From assembly GCF_964355755.1 (NCBI RefSeq), contig NC_092678.1, positions 512,422-576,421 of the forward strand: a stretch of DNA of 64,000 bases. Direction: 5' to 3'. The notes beneath the pieces are model-generated. The model ran no database searches. It had not been told where the DNA came from and was given only the letters and a program-made list of their open reading frames with translations. Within the stretch, counting starts at the first letter, position 1, and every line of letters starts with the position of its first letter. Origin of the DNA: Antedon mediterranea (Eukaryota; Animalia; Echinodermata). Made by a program: the position numbers and the translations under genes. Positions 1 to 13,612 of this stretch are shown piece after piece.

Positions 1-111
1 GTACATCCGATAGTGGACATATATTAACACTGCAGCCGATAGTGAACATCCATACATTAAACATTACAGTACGGCCGATGTTGGACATCTACACTATGCA
101 GATTTTGATAA

Positions 112-460
112 CTGCTGTACTGTACTGTATACTGTACTGTACTGTATACTGTACTGTACTGTATACTGTACTGTACGTGTATACTGTACTGTATACTGTA
201 AAGTATACTGTACTGTACTGTATACTGTACTGTACACTGTACTGTATACTGTACTGTACTGTATACTGTACTGTACTGACTGTATACTGTACTGTATACT
301 GTACTGTACTGTATACTGTACTGTATACTGTACTGTATACTGTACTGTATACTGTACTGTATACTGTACTGTATACTGTACTGTATACTGTACTGTACCG
401 TATACTGTACTGTATACTGTACTGTACTGTATACTGTACTGTACTGTATACTGTACTGTA
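112..460. repeat. (CTGTA/CTGTATA)n compound microsatellite
   Basis: Direct reading of the sequence; explains the spurious ORFs 42..461 and 57..512. Confidence 0.95.
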
Positions 461-1113
461 AATTGGCCCTACTGTAAGTCTCCACTACTTTAACAAATAA
501 GTTTAATATCATTACAGTAAGTACATGTTATTACCAAACCCCAAAAAATCTAATGAAGTCTGTGTTTACACCCTAGAATGAATCAGTACAAAAGTAAACA
601 CTACAAAAAAACTCCTTTCTGATGAATATTATGAGTGACATCAATTGAATTATTCTTTTGTTCATATGAAACCACAGACGTAACATGCATACAAAACTGA
701 ACAATCCACAAAATGTGCGCACCATAATGGGAAGAAAAACGTGGTTGTGTAATTTGACAAAGTTCAGACTTAAGTCAAGGATAATAATACCAGCTAATAA
801 TGACATGCTTAATTGTGAACTTAGTGCTTACAATGATAGTGGATAACAAAGCAAAGTTTTCATTTTCAAAATTGGGTTGAACAACAATTTATAAAATGTG
901 TCATGTCAAACAAATAAACAATAACGGACCAGGATACGGATTGTACAAATAAATAAATAAAAAATCATTGGTTTACTTTAGGTTAAGTGTATAGAAAGCA
1001 ATGCATTTTAGTTTATATCTTCATTTTGTTCAATTCAAACTAATTCCTCTCTGGTTCAATGCAGCAACCAAGCACAGAGTGATGACACAATATTTTACAA
1101 CGCAAACATTGTA

Positions 1114-1456
1114 AAATACCTAGTAGTACTAACTAATACTACTGTATAACAGGTAGGTTCTCAAATACCTAGTAGTACTAACTAATACTACTGTATAACA
1201 GGTAGGTTCTCAAATACCTAGTAGTACTAACTAATACTACTGTGTAACAGGTAGGTTCTCAAATACCTAGTAGTACTAACTAATACTACTGTGTAACAGG
1301 TAGGTTCTCAAATACCTAGTAGTACTAACTAATACTACTGTGTAACAGGTAGGTTCTCAAATACCTAGTAGTACTAACTAATACTACTGTGTAACAGGTA
1401 GGTTCTCAAATACCTAGTAGTACTAACTAATACTACTGTATAACAGGTAGGTTCTC
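1114..1456. repeat. 49-bp minisatellite, 7 copies
   Basis: Unit aaatacctagtagtactaactaatactactgt(a/g)taacaggtaggttctc. Confidence 0.95.
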
Positions 1457-1479
1457 AATTCACTGAAATATGATTCTAC

Positions 1480-1551
1480 TAGAGTAGAGTAGAGTAGAGT
1501 AGAGTAGAGTAGAGTAGAGTAGAGTAGAGTAGAGTAGAGTAGAGTAGAGTA
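1480..1551. repeat. (TAGAG)n microsatellite
   Basis: Direct reading of the sequence. Confidence 0.95.
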
Positions 1552-1876
1552 GGCTGGACTAAAACAAGGAGTACTTTAAGCAAACAATATTAGAAACTAA
1601 TAATTAAAATTGTAAACATAATTCAGTAACTAGTCTCTCATATTGTTTATAGTACAGTTAGGTACTCAGTTTTTTTTTTAGGAACAAGTCTCTCAATGTT
1701 AATAGTATAGGTACTTTTACTCTCTACAGAATCTAGCTTTATTAGATTTTGAAAATATAAAACACAATGTAAAGGTCTATGGTACAGCCTGGCCCAATAA
1801 CATTAACATAGTAGTTCAATGTCTAAAGCTGTTAAACTGACACAGGCCAAGTTTTATTACCGATCTCACAGGGTTC

Positions 1877-4186
1877 CTGGGGTAGCACTAACATTTCATT
1901 TTGTTTAGCCATTTGGCGAAAGTCAATATATTTTTTTTAGTCAAATCAGTTTATCTATAGCCAAAATGGCTAAAGTCAAATTTTTTTATTTAGCCAAATG
2001 AATCGGTTTATAGCCAAAATTAAAAATTTTTGAAATATAGTGGTAAAAACATTTTAGTCAACTTATCTATGTCAACAGGTCTATACACTGTTCCCTGAAC
2101 ATTTTTGTAAGGCATTGAGATAAAGAACCATGCCTAATTAATCACTGTTTAAAAAAAAATATTTTCTTTGGTATTTTTTTTACATGATCAAAACAATTGT
2201 TCAAATTGTTTTTAATCATACAGCATTTATACAGTTATCAATTTAATAAGAAACATTTTACAGTTTTCTGAAATCCCCTGAACGATATGTTACTTTTGTT
2301 TTTTACGCTTGGCTGGTCATGTTTGCATGTGACGGCTTCCATGGCGTACCAGGCGAAAATCGTGTCCTAGAATCACCGCCGCGCAGCGGGTTAATGTTTT
2401 TAAATTGGGTATGCTCAAGAGGTGCGAAAGTGCAGAACCGCCGGCCTAGGCCTACAAAAAAATTATGTACAACAACGCAACGGTATATCGTATGCTAAAA
2501 ATATTGAGGAAAATTCCTAGCAAACGAACACTCGTATCGTTGTTAAACGTAAGATAATATAGGCCAAAGCACAGAATACTTCTTTCCATCCCTCTCAAGG
2601 CTGCGCCGAAGCGTTTCTGTCAGGTCGAGAAATTTATCCGATTATTATTTATTTACACAACACAGAAGCAAAGAATATATATAACAAGAATGAGTAATCC
2701 GCGATTTTCCCTGTAACAGTAATATTGTCCATGTGGTAGGGCGCCGCCATAAGTGTGGATGTATCTGGGATGTATACAACTTTTTGTGACGGTTTCAATA
2801 ATCAAAGGCTAGACCACCGGTAGTATTTTCATGATAAAAAATGTTATCAACTACATGCCAACATCATGTTAAATGCTATTTGGATATTTAATTGTTCGTT
2901 TTATGCAATTTATTTAGTAAAAACTGCCGTATAAACAGATCGCTTTATCAACCGGGCGCTACGATAGCGTGACCGGGCGTGTTGGTGTTACGCGTTTTCA
3001 TGAAGGATAGTTAAATAATATTCCTATATTTAAATTGTTTCTGGTAAAACAAATAAATATTAATGATATTTAACATTTTATCCTATTAATAACATGTATT
3101 TTATACTAATTTATATCATAAAAACAATACTTAATTTACCGGGCGTAGAGTAGTACGCGGCAATGGTAAAGAATAGGCCGTGCTGAGTAAGGATTCGTTG
3201 ATTTTTGGTGTTGCTGTGTTAGGCCTTTTTGGTGAACTAATTTAGCATGTTAGTAAATAATTGTCTGTAAAAGTGAATGTACACTAGTTTGTTAATAAGT
3301 ATGTATTATAAAATAGTTTAAAATTGCAAAATATTTTATCATTTTTTTATTTAATGTGACATGTATAATATCTATTAAATCAAGTCTTATTTAGTATGTA
3401 TACATCCGCCCTTATGAGGGCGGGCATCACTCTCTGGAGCTCTCTGTTACAAATTTCTCATGCAAAAATCGCGGAATACTCATTCTTGTGATATATATTC
3501 TTTGACAGAAGCCAGCGGCCGGCCCCGCTCAGATGCACGTGTGTGTTTAGCTAAATCCCCGTTAGACTCTACCATTTCCCGCATGTTGTTTTGTTTACAC
3601 TGACGCACGAGGGAAGTTTATTAAGGCTAAAATATGAAACTACATTAAATTGGAAGACTCTAAAATGCATAACGCATACATTTTTGATTTCGATAAGATT
3701 AAGTCGTCATTCATCGAAGATACTATAATGTTTCTTTTTAATCTGAAAAGTACACCCCTATCGAAAAATAGACAATCCCGGTATTTAGCCGACCGTCGGC
3801 TACGTAGTCGATCGTTTGTTCAGCGCACAACACGTGATAGTTTAGGTAGACTTCATCATCCATGTGTCGTGTAATGTCTGTCTCTCTGTGCAGTCTACCT
3901 CTGCTATCTCCATCTTTTTGAAAAAACAAAGAGACGCCTGGTACAACGAAACAAGTTGACGAAAAATGGAGCTTGAAGTAAACAACGTGATGACGAACAA
4001 AATAAATGCTTGGAGATCGACAAATGGACCTTTTAGTTGGACTTTATGCTTTCGCCAAAATGATTATTTAATTATCTATTTTATCATATGTCATCGTCAA
4101 AATGGCTAAAGTAGCCGTTTTATTTTTCGCCAATCTAGAAACGTTTTCGCCCATGGCGACTTGGCGATCGGCCAGTGCGAGCCTAG
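1877..4186. mobile_element. Non-autonomous TIR DNA transposon (hAT-like), about 2.3 kb
   Basis: Imperfect TIRs ctggggtagcact / agtgcgagcctag (10 of 13 match); flanking direct repeat ggttc; subterminal tagcca/tggcga/tggctaaagt motifs at both ends. Confidence 0.55.
2669..3504. mobile_element. P-element-superfamily-like MITE nested in the 1877-4186 element
   Basis: About 40-bp TIRs caaagaatatatataacaagaatgagtaatccgcgatttt; 7-bp TSD acagaag (2662-2668, 3505-3511); CAWAG-type termini. Confidence 0.75.
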
Positions 4187-4321
4187 GGTTCACAAATGTT
4201 TTCAATAATGTTAACAATGTGTAAGACATTGACATGCTAAGTTCAACATTGTAATCATCATAAAATCAAAAGGCATATTTGTAAATTATCTAAAAAGTGT
4301 TAAAATCTGTTGAATTCTTAC

Positions 4322-4407
4322 CTCCAGTAATGAAGGGCAAAGCCTGGGCATTTATCTCCACATTTATTGCATAAGGATCCTTTATCTTGGTCTTGGAGGG
4401 AAATGTT
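4322..4407 (-). CDS. Prickle-like PET/LIM gene, coding exon 2 (cysteine-rich domain); gene continues beyond the left edge
   Basis: tttgtttccag|...|gtaaga; 86 nt, phase 0 to 2; translates NISLQDQDKGSLCNKCGDKCPGFALHYWR, clearly homologous to Testin exon 2 and to the recalled PRICKLE3 segment DPDRGQPCNSCREQCPGFLLHGWR. Confidence 0.85.
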
Positions 4408-5708
4408 CTGGAAACAAAAATAATAATAAGTTTATTGTTAAATGTTTTCTTTTGTAATTGTTCCATATTTTTATATGTTAGTAAAACGAGCAATGAATTT
4501 CCGAAAAGATTAATAAAAGATAATTTGAATTTGATAACATAATCATGGATAAAGAGTTTGTTGTTGTTTAGAAAATAGAATTCAAGTTAACAATCAATTC
4601 GTTTACACTATGGTTTATTTTTCTTGAGGTTCTGCTTATGGAAAATAATTCAGTAACGTGTCTCATATTCTTATTTACAGTTAAATAGAGTATAATTAAT
4701 AATAATCGCATCTTTTTAACATGTAATGCTAGTGCCTTTGATTTTTTACTTCAGTTTAGTTGATACTGGCGCTATACAAATACCTAAATTATTATTATTA
4801 TTATTATAGTTTAAATTCAACCAATTTCTTTTATTATTATATTATATATTATTGTTTTTGACAGACCTTTCAATATTTTTTTTGGATGGATCACATTAAA
4901 AAAAAAGAATATAAAATATTATTTGCTTGGGATCCAAATTAATTTATTTACACATATTATATATTTGTATGCATTTACCTATTTTTATGACATTTTATTG
5001 TTAATTTGCATAATGACCATAAAGAATATGATCTAAGAAATACTATAAAACATCAAGTTTATAATTTAAGTTTCAAAATAGATTACCGGTATCAATGATG
5101 TCGTACAAAAACCATTGTAAAAATTCAAGGAAAATTAGTTAGTCTGTACTAAAATGTAACAAAGGAATAATACACTGGGACCTTGTTCTTCTTAAACCTC
5201 CAGTATCTAATGAACTCATTTGCATAACAATGAATAAATTACAACCAAGCTTATCAGAATTAAAATATATTGAGAAATGTTTAATTAGATGGCTGAATTT
5301 ATTGTACAAAGAGTTTACAATCTATATATTTATTAGAGTAAAACCAAACAGAAACCGTATGGCCCCACAACCCCAAACACCCTTCCTAATTAAGAATATC
5401 AACTTCACATGCGTTTAATATTAATAAACATGATGACAATACAATTTATCACATCATCAGAAATGTGTTTTATATTTTTACATAAATAAAACCAAAATTA
5501 ATCGGTCTGATTACACTTATAATATAATATAACAACACACATTCTAATTATAAAACATCTATTTAATCCTAGGCTGCACCCGGCTAGCTAGGCTACGTCT
5601 AGTTAGGGCATCCTACCTAGCCCCCCACAACGTCCTTCTACACGAAAACAGACAGACGAGGAGCAGGCGATTAGCCACCTGCTACCGACAAAAACAAAGA
5701 TGACTTAC

Positions 5709-5759
5709 CCCATCTTTCCGGTCCTTTCTTTTGCTGTTTGGCGTACCACGGAAAGACAT
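5709..5759 (-). CDS. Prickle-like gene, first coding exon
   Basis: aaaaATG start, MSFRGTPNSKRKDRKDG, donor gtaagt; phase 0 fits exon 4322-4407; basic N-terminus resembles the recalled PRICKLE3 start MFARGSRRRR. Confidence 0.75.
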
Positions 5760-6291
5760 TTTTAATATCAAAGTAACACAATATGTTTACAAGAAATAAA
5801 TATATCAAATTTTACTTTCAGCCCATTATTTATAGTAATAATCCAAAGAGAAATTTAACAACAGAATTAATATCGGCACCTTCGCTCGCTTCGTGTGTTA
5901 TTCACCATGATTCACTTTGCAACAAACGATCGGCGCGGATGAATTTTGACAATGAGCCTTATTACTTAGGTAATGCGTGCTTAACCAATCCGAGTTCTGA
6001 AATTTCAGAAATTAGTGTAAGAAATAAAACACTCTTTTAAAAAACTTTTTTGAAATTATTTTATTTTTACATTAAGACATAATGTATTTAAACAAATAGA
6101 GAGAATACATTAGCCAGGCATCGGCATCTTTACACATATATTTCTATTTATTTGTTTCTAATTTTCTGACATAACTCAGGTGTTCTTAAAATTGAGGGCG
6201 CCAAACATAAAATTTACGAGATCGAAAGGAGGCCACAAGCCAAAAAAAAAAATAAAAAAATTATGTTGTGCTCCCTTGCCTCTAGCACGGT

Positions 6292-6507
6292 AAGGCTCTC
6301 TCACAGCCTTGGGGGTACCACAGCATCAGATGCTTTGATGTTATTGCCTCATGATGTGTGGTGGAAAGGGGGACGTTTAAATCTGTGAACCCCAAACACA
6401 GAAGCTCGCATAGCTTTAACTCTTTTCCACCGACCGGCATGGGTTTGAACCCACGTAATCGTGTTCCACGACGCTCTACCGACTGAGCTATCCGGCCCTC
6501 TGGTTCA
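6292..6507 (-). mobile_element. tRNA-derived SINE
   Basis: Minus strand ggccggaTAGCTCAGTCGGtagagcg...GGTTCAAACCC (Pol III A and B boxes) followed by a non-tRNA body; 9-bp direct repeat tagcacggt at 6283-6291 and 6508-6516. Confidence 0.75.
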
Positions 6508-9124
6508 TAGCACGGTTAAAACTAGATTCGTTTCCTCAAAATGACGTCATAATTATGAACATTTATAACGTAACGATTAGAATGACGTATAATGAAGCTC
6601 GTATAAGAATATACTATTGTCAGTCTTCATTACTCGTGTACATTGTGGCAGAACGGGTAGTGCTAGTACTTATCGCTTGAATTCTCTCAGCGCTACTAGC
6701 TGGGGTTCGAATCTCAAGTTTATGAACTTTTTTTTTTTTTTGGAAAATAAATAGGAAATAATTTTCTTTAATTGTTTAGAGATATTTAGAGAGTCAAGTT
6801 AATTTAGGATGGGCAGGTGTTGGTCCTGGAGACTTAAATTCTTTTCATATTTCGAAGTCCACTTTTCCTGGCACATATAATTTTATTCTTCCGCTCCACC
6901 CAAACATAGTGGTTGGACTTATAATTTCGTTTCATATATCAATGTATTATCAATGTATTCGTGCAATTTCCGGGGACCTAGCAGCTCTATTTTTTCAATT
7001 TCTCAGCTCAGCCCCAACCATGGTGGAGATGATGAGGTGGTCCTGATTAGTCAATTACTTCATCATATTTCAACAAATCATGTCGTAACATCATTAAGAA
7101 ACAAAGATAATCTTTTGTAAATGTGAGGACGCAACGTTGTTTCTTGCGTGTCGCAGTCACAAATTTACGTAGACGTTGTATTGATCACGTGGTTGGACTT
7201 TCTATCATATCAAATAACGCAAACGTCAAGTAGCGGTTTACCACCAGTAGCGTTTTAAACAAGAATAAGAACTGAACCTATCAAGGTTTAATCTAAACAG
7301 ATCATCACTTTAAATTTGATGGCACAACAAACAATCTAAAATCTGTATTCAGTTTAATTACTCGAGCAAATAATTATCAATGTCAGAGTTGTAAAAGAGT
7401 ACAGAGCGGAAGGAAAGTAGTACCAATGGAAGCGACACTGCGTTTGTTTGGTGTAATAATCAGCATGGCAATTGTTAAAATGTTTGTTTTTGTTTTTCGT
7501 GACTAAATGCGAAATAAATTGTTTACTTCAAACAAAATGAAACCCAATGCCAGTTGAGTATACAACTGAATAGTTTAAGCATGGGCTCGTTTCTCTGGTT
7601 ACTACGCATTTGGGATTAATTCTGAATTTGAAACGTACGAGTTTGTTAGGCACACTGCCTTCTGGGAGTCATTATAAATATGGTTACATTACATATATTA
7701 TTTCCGTCTAAAAAATATAATAATTTATACGTGTGTCTAGAAATGCATAATACATACACAAAGAAAAAAAGCATTTTTAAAACTTTTGAAATGGTACTTC
7801 TTTAACAAAGTTATTGAAATACAAAGGGGACAGGCTAGGCGAGAAGCGCGGGGAGGCGAGACGAGCAGGAGAGGAAGAGCACGGGAGAGGATACGCGCGG
7901 CCGTGGGGGTGCAGCGACTATAAATCGGGGCGGCGGAGGAGGGACAGAAGTCACAAAATATAAGGAAACAAACAAAAGAAGATTTAGAAGAATTACTTTA
8001 TTTGTCTATCATCTACTGATTACATAACACGACATGATATAATATATTTTAAAAACTTTGGTTAAACAATGTTATGAGCACATTAATAATAATAATAATA
8101 ATAAATAACATTTATAAAGCGCAAGAGACAAAGGTTTCAAAGCGCTGTGTTTTCCAAGATCGTTAATTTTTTTAAAAATGTAAAATTCGTACGTCTCCTC
8201 TACATTACAGTGATCACATTATGGTACGTGTGAGCAATTATAAGCAAAGATACTATAGCGCCACGAAGTGGCGCATACGATCTTTGATTATAAGTGCGTC
8301 GCGATGAAACGCTCGCCCGGCAATGCGTCGCGCGCGATGTAAAACCTGCCGGCCTGATAAAAATGTGACAATGCAACATTTACAACAAATGTCATTTTTT
8401 GTGATCAGAACTGGAACTTTTATGTCATATAACATTTTAAAAGATGAATTAAAAACATTTGTTTCTGTCTTGTAATCTGAAGAAAAAAAATGGAATGTTA
8501 ATATACTATTATACCATGAACTGCTCCATGGTATAAACAAAACAGTTGTATATTATGCTATGGGGATTTCAAAATGTGAAATAGGGTTGCTACATAGCAA
8601 AGGGTAGCGTTACAAAAATGCATATAGGCCTAAAAGCTGCTGTAACAACTGAGAAAGAATGAAATCATGTTTACAAGGTGAAATATAAATTCATATATAA
8701 ATACATAAACTATTGATAGAAGCTTTACAAAAAACAAATAAAACATTAAATAGGCCTACTTAGGGCGGCATGAAATGTATCTACTTAGCCCAACTAAACA
8801 TGCCCAAATAAAGCCTAATATTTATCTTTAATATAAAAATCACATTTGTTATACAGTATATACATCAGTCGTTTCTGAATATCATTACAACTATTACTGC
8901 AATTTAAAAGATAAACCTAAAACTAACGTTTTATCTCGGAGAACTACTTTTCCTTGGTGGTGTAATAACAGTGCATTGTGAAAATGCAGCAATATTTTCA
9001 AAAAGCAGAGGGCGCTATAACCATTTTTAGTAATATCATAGATACATTTCTCAACACTAATTATATATTTTTATAAAACCTCTTGTTGCCATTTTCAGTT
9101 ACATTTTACAAGTATCAGTTTTAA

Positions 9125-9425
9125 GGCCTGTTTACACTAGGACAATAACAAATGACACATTTAATGCCTGTTTACACTAGGACAATAACAAATGACACAT
9201 TTAATGCCTGTACACACTAGGACAATAAATTGAAAATAAATCATACTAGGCCTACATGTTATTATTGTCATTTGATTGGATTTGTGAAAATATTTTTTTC
9301 ATCAAAGATAGTGTAAATGCTTATCCTAGTTCTAATATATATGAATACCTTGGTTGTTTTCTCTCGGAAAATTTTATAAATACTTATTTATCGTCGTTTG
9401 TTAAAGTTCTAGTATAAACAGGCCT
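9125..9425. mobile_element. PIF/Harbinger-like MITE
   Basis: TIRs ggcctgtttacactag / ctagtataaacaggcc; the left end is tandemly triplicated (about 41-bp unit). Confidence 0.6.
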
Positions 9426-10855
9426 TTAGAATTCGAAATCTCTATTTATAAGGTCAACTTAAAACTTTTCTTTTTAATTAATAATACTTGCATTGTTAGA
9501 CGCTCTGTTCTTTGTAGGGCGCCACATAAAAACATACACAGAATAGAAATAAAATACTTATGTGGTCCATAAACAATGAGGATGTTCTTTAAGGCCAACG
9601 CAGTCAGCGTCGTGCGACAAGGCCCGACGAAACATCTTGACCCACCGGTACGTCGGGCCTCGTCGCACGACACTCTCTGAGTTGACCTTAATTGAATGTG
9701 AAACAAACTGGAAATATTAAATCAAAAGATATAAAACAGAAAAAGAACAGAAGTTAAGAAATGAAATTGATCTTAGGTTAACGAAACATTTACAAAACAC
9801 GTTGATTTAATTTCAAGGCACGTCATCAGAAAGTAAAGTAGGCCTGAAATGACTAAAACAAAACATACATTGTAACTATTAAAAGAGCTTCACTTATAAA
9901 ATGTACACAAAAGGCAGAATTACTTCGTTCTAGATCAGCACCAAATTTTATAAAACTTTATACAAGTTTAAAAATCAACAACTGTAACAATGTAACATTT
10001 GCGAGCTTTCATTTTGGGACTAAGGACCAAGTACGAACTTAAAATTGTCAAAATACCGTCGTCCTAATAATGAACTTGAATGCAATGGTATATACTAAGC
10101 ATTCGAAGTGCGCTCTACAAATCTTTATTATTATTTTTATGCACTGATTAATATTTTATATAAAATCTTCCTGTCCCGAAGCGAAAAGCTCGCAAACACC
10201 AAGAACTGTACAAAACTCTTTCAAATGCAGATAAGGGCATCAAGCATGATAAAGAAAAGATTTTGAAGATAGAAATTTATAAAATAGGACTTAAGAATTT
10301 TAAAATACATTGATCAGGACGTGATCTTTGGCTTAATATTATTAATAGTCTGTGACATATACCCACCATTAAAATGTTAAAATTTACCACAATTTTCTTG
10401 TAAGATATATTTTCTCCATTTTATATTTTGATATCTAAATATATGCTGCAATATTCTACAGTTACTTTCATTATTGTAATACAAATTTAGAATAGTGACG
10501 GTTGTCATAGTGACGGTTGTCATGGTGTGTGTGTATGTATATACTAACAACTTCTACAGGATCTGAATACAAAATGTGTAAACAATACTTGGTATATTAA
10601 GTACATTGGCTTAATCATTTGCAATCATTTGTTTGTGAATAAATCTTTAGTTTTAATTGCTTTCTCCTTTCTTAATACCCTTAATTCAAAGTCACTACAC
10701 TTCCTAATTCACCCCGTCCATCCTAAACTAAAAATAGACTACTACTCTGTTCTTAAGTCTGAACTTAAGTTTGTACATAAATCAATACTTAAGTTTGTAC
10801 TTAAGTCAATACTTAAGTTGTTATTTAAGTCTGTACTTAAGTGTGTACTGAAACT

Positions 10856-11047
10856 TTATGGAAGCACCTTCCTCTTGCATGTAACTGAACAAAATATATA
10901 ACCAGACTTAGGTAAGAACTGTTTGCCGATTAGTGACTGCTGACAACCACTACATTTAAAGCACTCGTTGGTGGCGTGCCAGTGACCGTCTCCATGGCTT
11001 AAGCGTTGACCATCGGCTTGGATCTTCTTGCTACAAGAGCTACAGGT
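10856..11047 (-). CDS. TES: Testin exon 7 (LIM3, stop)
   Basis: tag|TCSSCSKKIQADGQRLSHGDGHWHATNECFKCSGCQQSLIGKQFLPKSGYIFCSVTCKRKVLP*; 192 nt. Confidence 0.93.
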   Translation of the reverse strand, partial: TCSSCSKKIQADGQRLSHGDGHWHATNECFKCSGCQQSLIGKQFLPKSGYIFCSVTCKRKVLP

Positions 11048-11595
11048 CTACAAAAAGAAAAAGACATTAAACAAAATATAAAACTACCATATAGTCCCAG
11101 GGTGTCTGAATGGGGGAGTAAAAGGTGTGTAGGATTATACTCGTTGACAATGGCATTTACTAAGAGTTTTCTAGTTTGAATCTAGCCTAATTTTAGGGAT
11201 TGGAACTATACTTGAGACGTATAAGATACCTAGATACCTACTTTATTTTTATCTACTGGCCTTCGTTCATTCCACAAGAGAGTCTGGTGTACTCCTTGTC
11301 TCAAAGGATGTAAGTTTCAAGTTAACTTTATTGTCAAATTTACTACCAGTAACAGAAGCGGATCCAGCATTATAGAGGGGGTGCTAAATATTTCATATAT
11401 GAAAAAACAATCATTCTGGTTGCATTTTTGTCTTATTTAAAGACTTGACTGTTAAAATTTAGTGTGTGTGGGGGGGGGGGGGGGGGCTGAAGGGATAGTC
11501 TAAAGCCTATTTAGCCCTGCCTAAATTCGTGCATGAGTTCTACTGTGCTTTCCTTTGGTACGTATAATTAGGACAACTACTTTTTTAATACAAAC

Positions 11596-11754
11596 CTTAG
11601 CAAAAGTATTTTGGTAACAATCAAGACAGTACGGATGAGCGTCCCTAGCAACGTAGCGTTTACCCCCAAGGGGCGTGTCACATTCCCAGCAACAGAAGTG
11701 CTTTAAATGCCAGTTTTGGTCCTCAGCTTGCGTGTACTCTTTTGCAAAAATTAA
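11596..11754 (-). CDS. TES: Testin exon 6 (LIM2)
   Basis: cag|LIFAKEYTQAEDQNWHLKHFCCWECDTPLGGKRYVARDAHPYCLDCYQNTFAK|gt; 159 nt, phase 0/0. Confidence 0.95.
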
Positions 11755-11927
11755 CTGGAAAGAAAATTAAAACATTATTAAATGGATTGTGTTTTCAAGT
11801 TAATGAGCAACAAGCTTTTAACTTTAATTACGTCGTAATTATGTCAAAGTTGGCAATAAAACCTTCTAGAACAAAACAGGAAGCTTGACACATGCTTAAA
11901 TGGTTTTGAACAACCTCTCCAGCTTAA

Positions 11928-12054
11928 AACTCTGTCTACACTATCAAACTTTATGTGACAAAAAATGTGATGTGCCCATATGTGAACATGATGATGTCAT
12001 ATCATTACCATATTTGGGCACACCACACTTTATTTGTCAAACTAGTTTGATAGA
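11928..12054. mobile_element. Harbinger-like MITE family A copy (right end truncated)
   Basis: ctctgtctacactatcaaac terminus and the family A body. Confidence 0.7.
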
Positions 12055-12407
12055 GATTAACATTAGATATTTGAAAGTAGCATTTAGGGTAGTGACAACA
12101 GGGCATTTTAAAACATATTCTATGTTATTTGTAAAATGTTGTACATCTAAAATAACTTGTCTTTATAACACGTATTCTATCTATTTACAATATGTACTGT
12201 ATATATTGTCAAGGATAGCAATTGAGTTCATTAAAACAAACCCCCTACAAATGAGATGCTCTACACAACCCAAATCATGTGATTGTTTTGGCAGTTTCAT
12301 TTAGGTTTGTGCATTAGTTTCCATTGGTTTTTCTACAAGTGCATTAAGCGTTTTTATTTTTTAAGTCTTTGATAAAGGAGTTTGATAGATTAAGTAGAAA
12401 AACCAAC

Positions 12408-12623
12408 CTCATCACAAGCAGCACATCTAGGCCTGATCTGATCAGCATAATGGCGCCCACAAAACACGTTATCATCCTTCCAGAAATAGATCAGATCCAC
12501 TAGGAGTTCATCACATGTATGACATCTGAAGCAAGCTGGATGCCAACACTTGTTAGTTCCTGCTCTCTCGGCGAACACTGCCACATCCCCACCCTTCATA
12601 CCTTCACCACACTTGGAACATGC
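12408..12623 (-). CDS. TES: Testin exon 5 (LIM1 and start of LIM2)
   Basis: tag|[34 protein letters not shown]...RPRCAACDE|gt; 216 nt. Confidence 0.95.
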
Positions 12624-13499
12624 CTAAAACAAATCACAATAAAATCTACAATCATTACTAAATAATAAACATTTCCACATGAGGGCATGGTTGTTGTGGA
12701 CTAGTCCAATATGGTCCAGGAGTATCCTAGGAACTTTAGCCTTTCGTATCTAAGCCCTCTCCCTGGAGAGCATGGGCTATTGTCGGTTTATCCAAGTAAC
12801 CTAGGCATGATGATGTTAATAATTGAATGCAAAAAAAAAACACAACTAAATGCAACCATTTTTTTAAACTAGGAAATAGTAAAAAAAATTGATATGGTAG
12901 TGGTACTGTAGATGACTTGAAATTATTTTAAGAATATTTTTTTTACCATACATCACGTCAAATGAATGTTACAAAATTAACCCAAATTAATCGTTCCATT
13001 CTATTAAGTATTACTTAAAACATAAAAACAAGCAATTACAAAATGTTGAAGAATGTTTACATTAACTTAGCAACAACCATAATTAAGCTCTCACATTTCA
13101 CGCTATTAACAAGTTTCTGAGATGGACCCTAACTACCAGTTAAAGAAGACCCCTTACTGTCATCAACACTGTTAGTCACTTTTTGTGTACTCTTGTTGGA
13201 CTGACACCAGAGTTCATTATAATTCACTGTTGCTTATTCGTATTCACCATCTTTAATATGTGTTTGTTCACAATGCGTCATCTTAATCAATTCATAATCT
13301 TTAATTATAATGTTCTTATTGTTTAATAAAATTAGGTATGTTAAGACCACGCCCTTTAATGGACAAAAGACTAGGAAAACATGAAGCTGGTATTATCTTT
13401 TATCTAGTAGTAAATATGAAGAGCAAAAAATAAGAATATAGAAGTGATGATTATGATGGTAAATATCATGATGACTATGATCTGATTTTGATAATGAAG

Positions 13500-13612
13500 T
13501 TACTAATGACAATGTTACTGATAATGACAATGGTGGTGGTGGTGATGACGGTGGTGGTGGTGGTGATGACAATGGTGGTGGTGGTGATGACAACGATGAT
13601 GATGATGATGTT
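13500..13612. repeat. (GGT/GAT/GAC)n trinucleotide low-complexity tract
   Basis: Direct reading of the sequence. Confidence 0.85.

Noticed and set aside
42-512. Tyr/Cys/Thr/Val-rich ORFs
   Set aside because: Translations of a microsatellite.
6430-6497. tRNA gene
   Set aside because: A and B boxes are present but the anticodon arm is truncated, and it continues into a SINE body flanked by a direct repeat.
8253-8350. Hairpin gcgccacgaagtggcgc as a second Helitron 3' end
   Set aside because: No matching 5' TC end or empty-site evidence could be identified.
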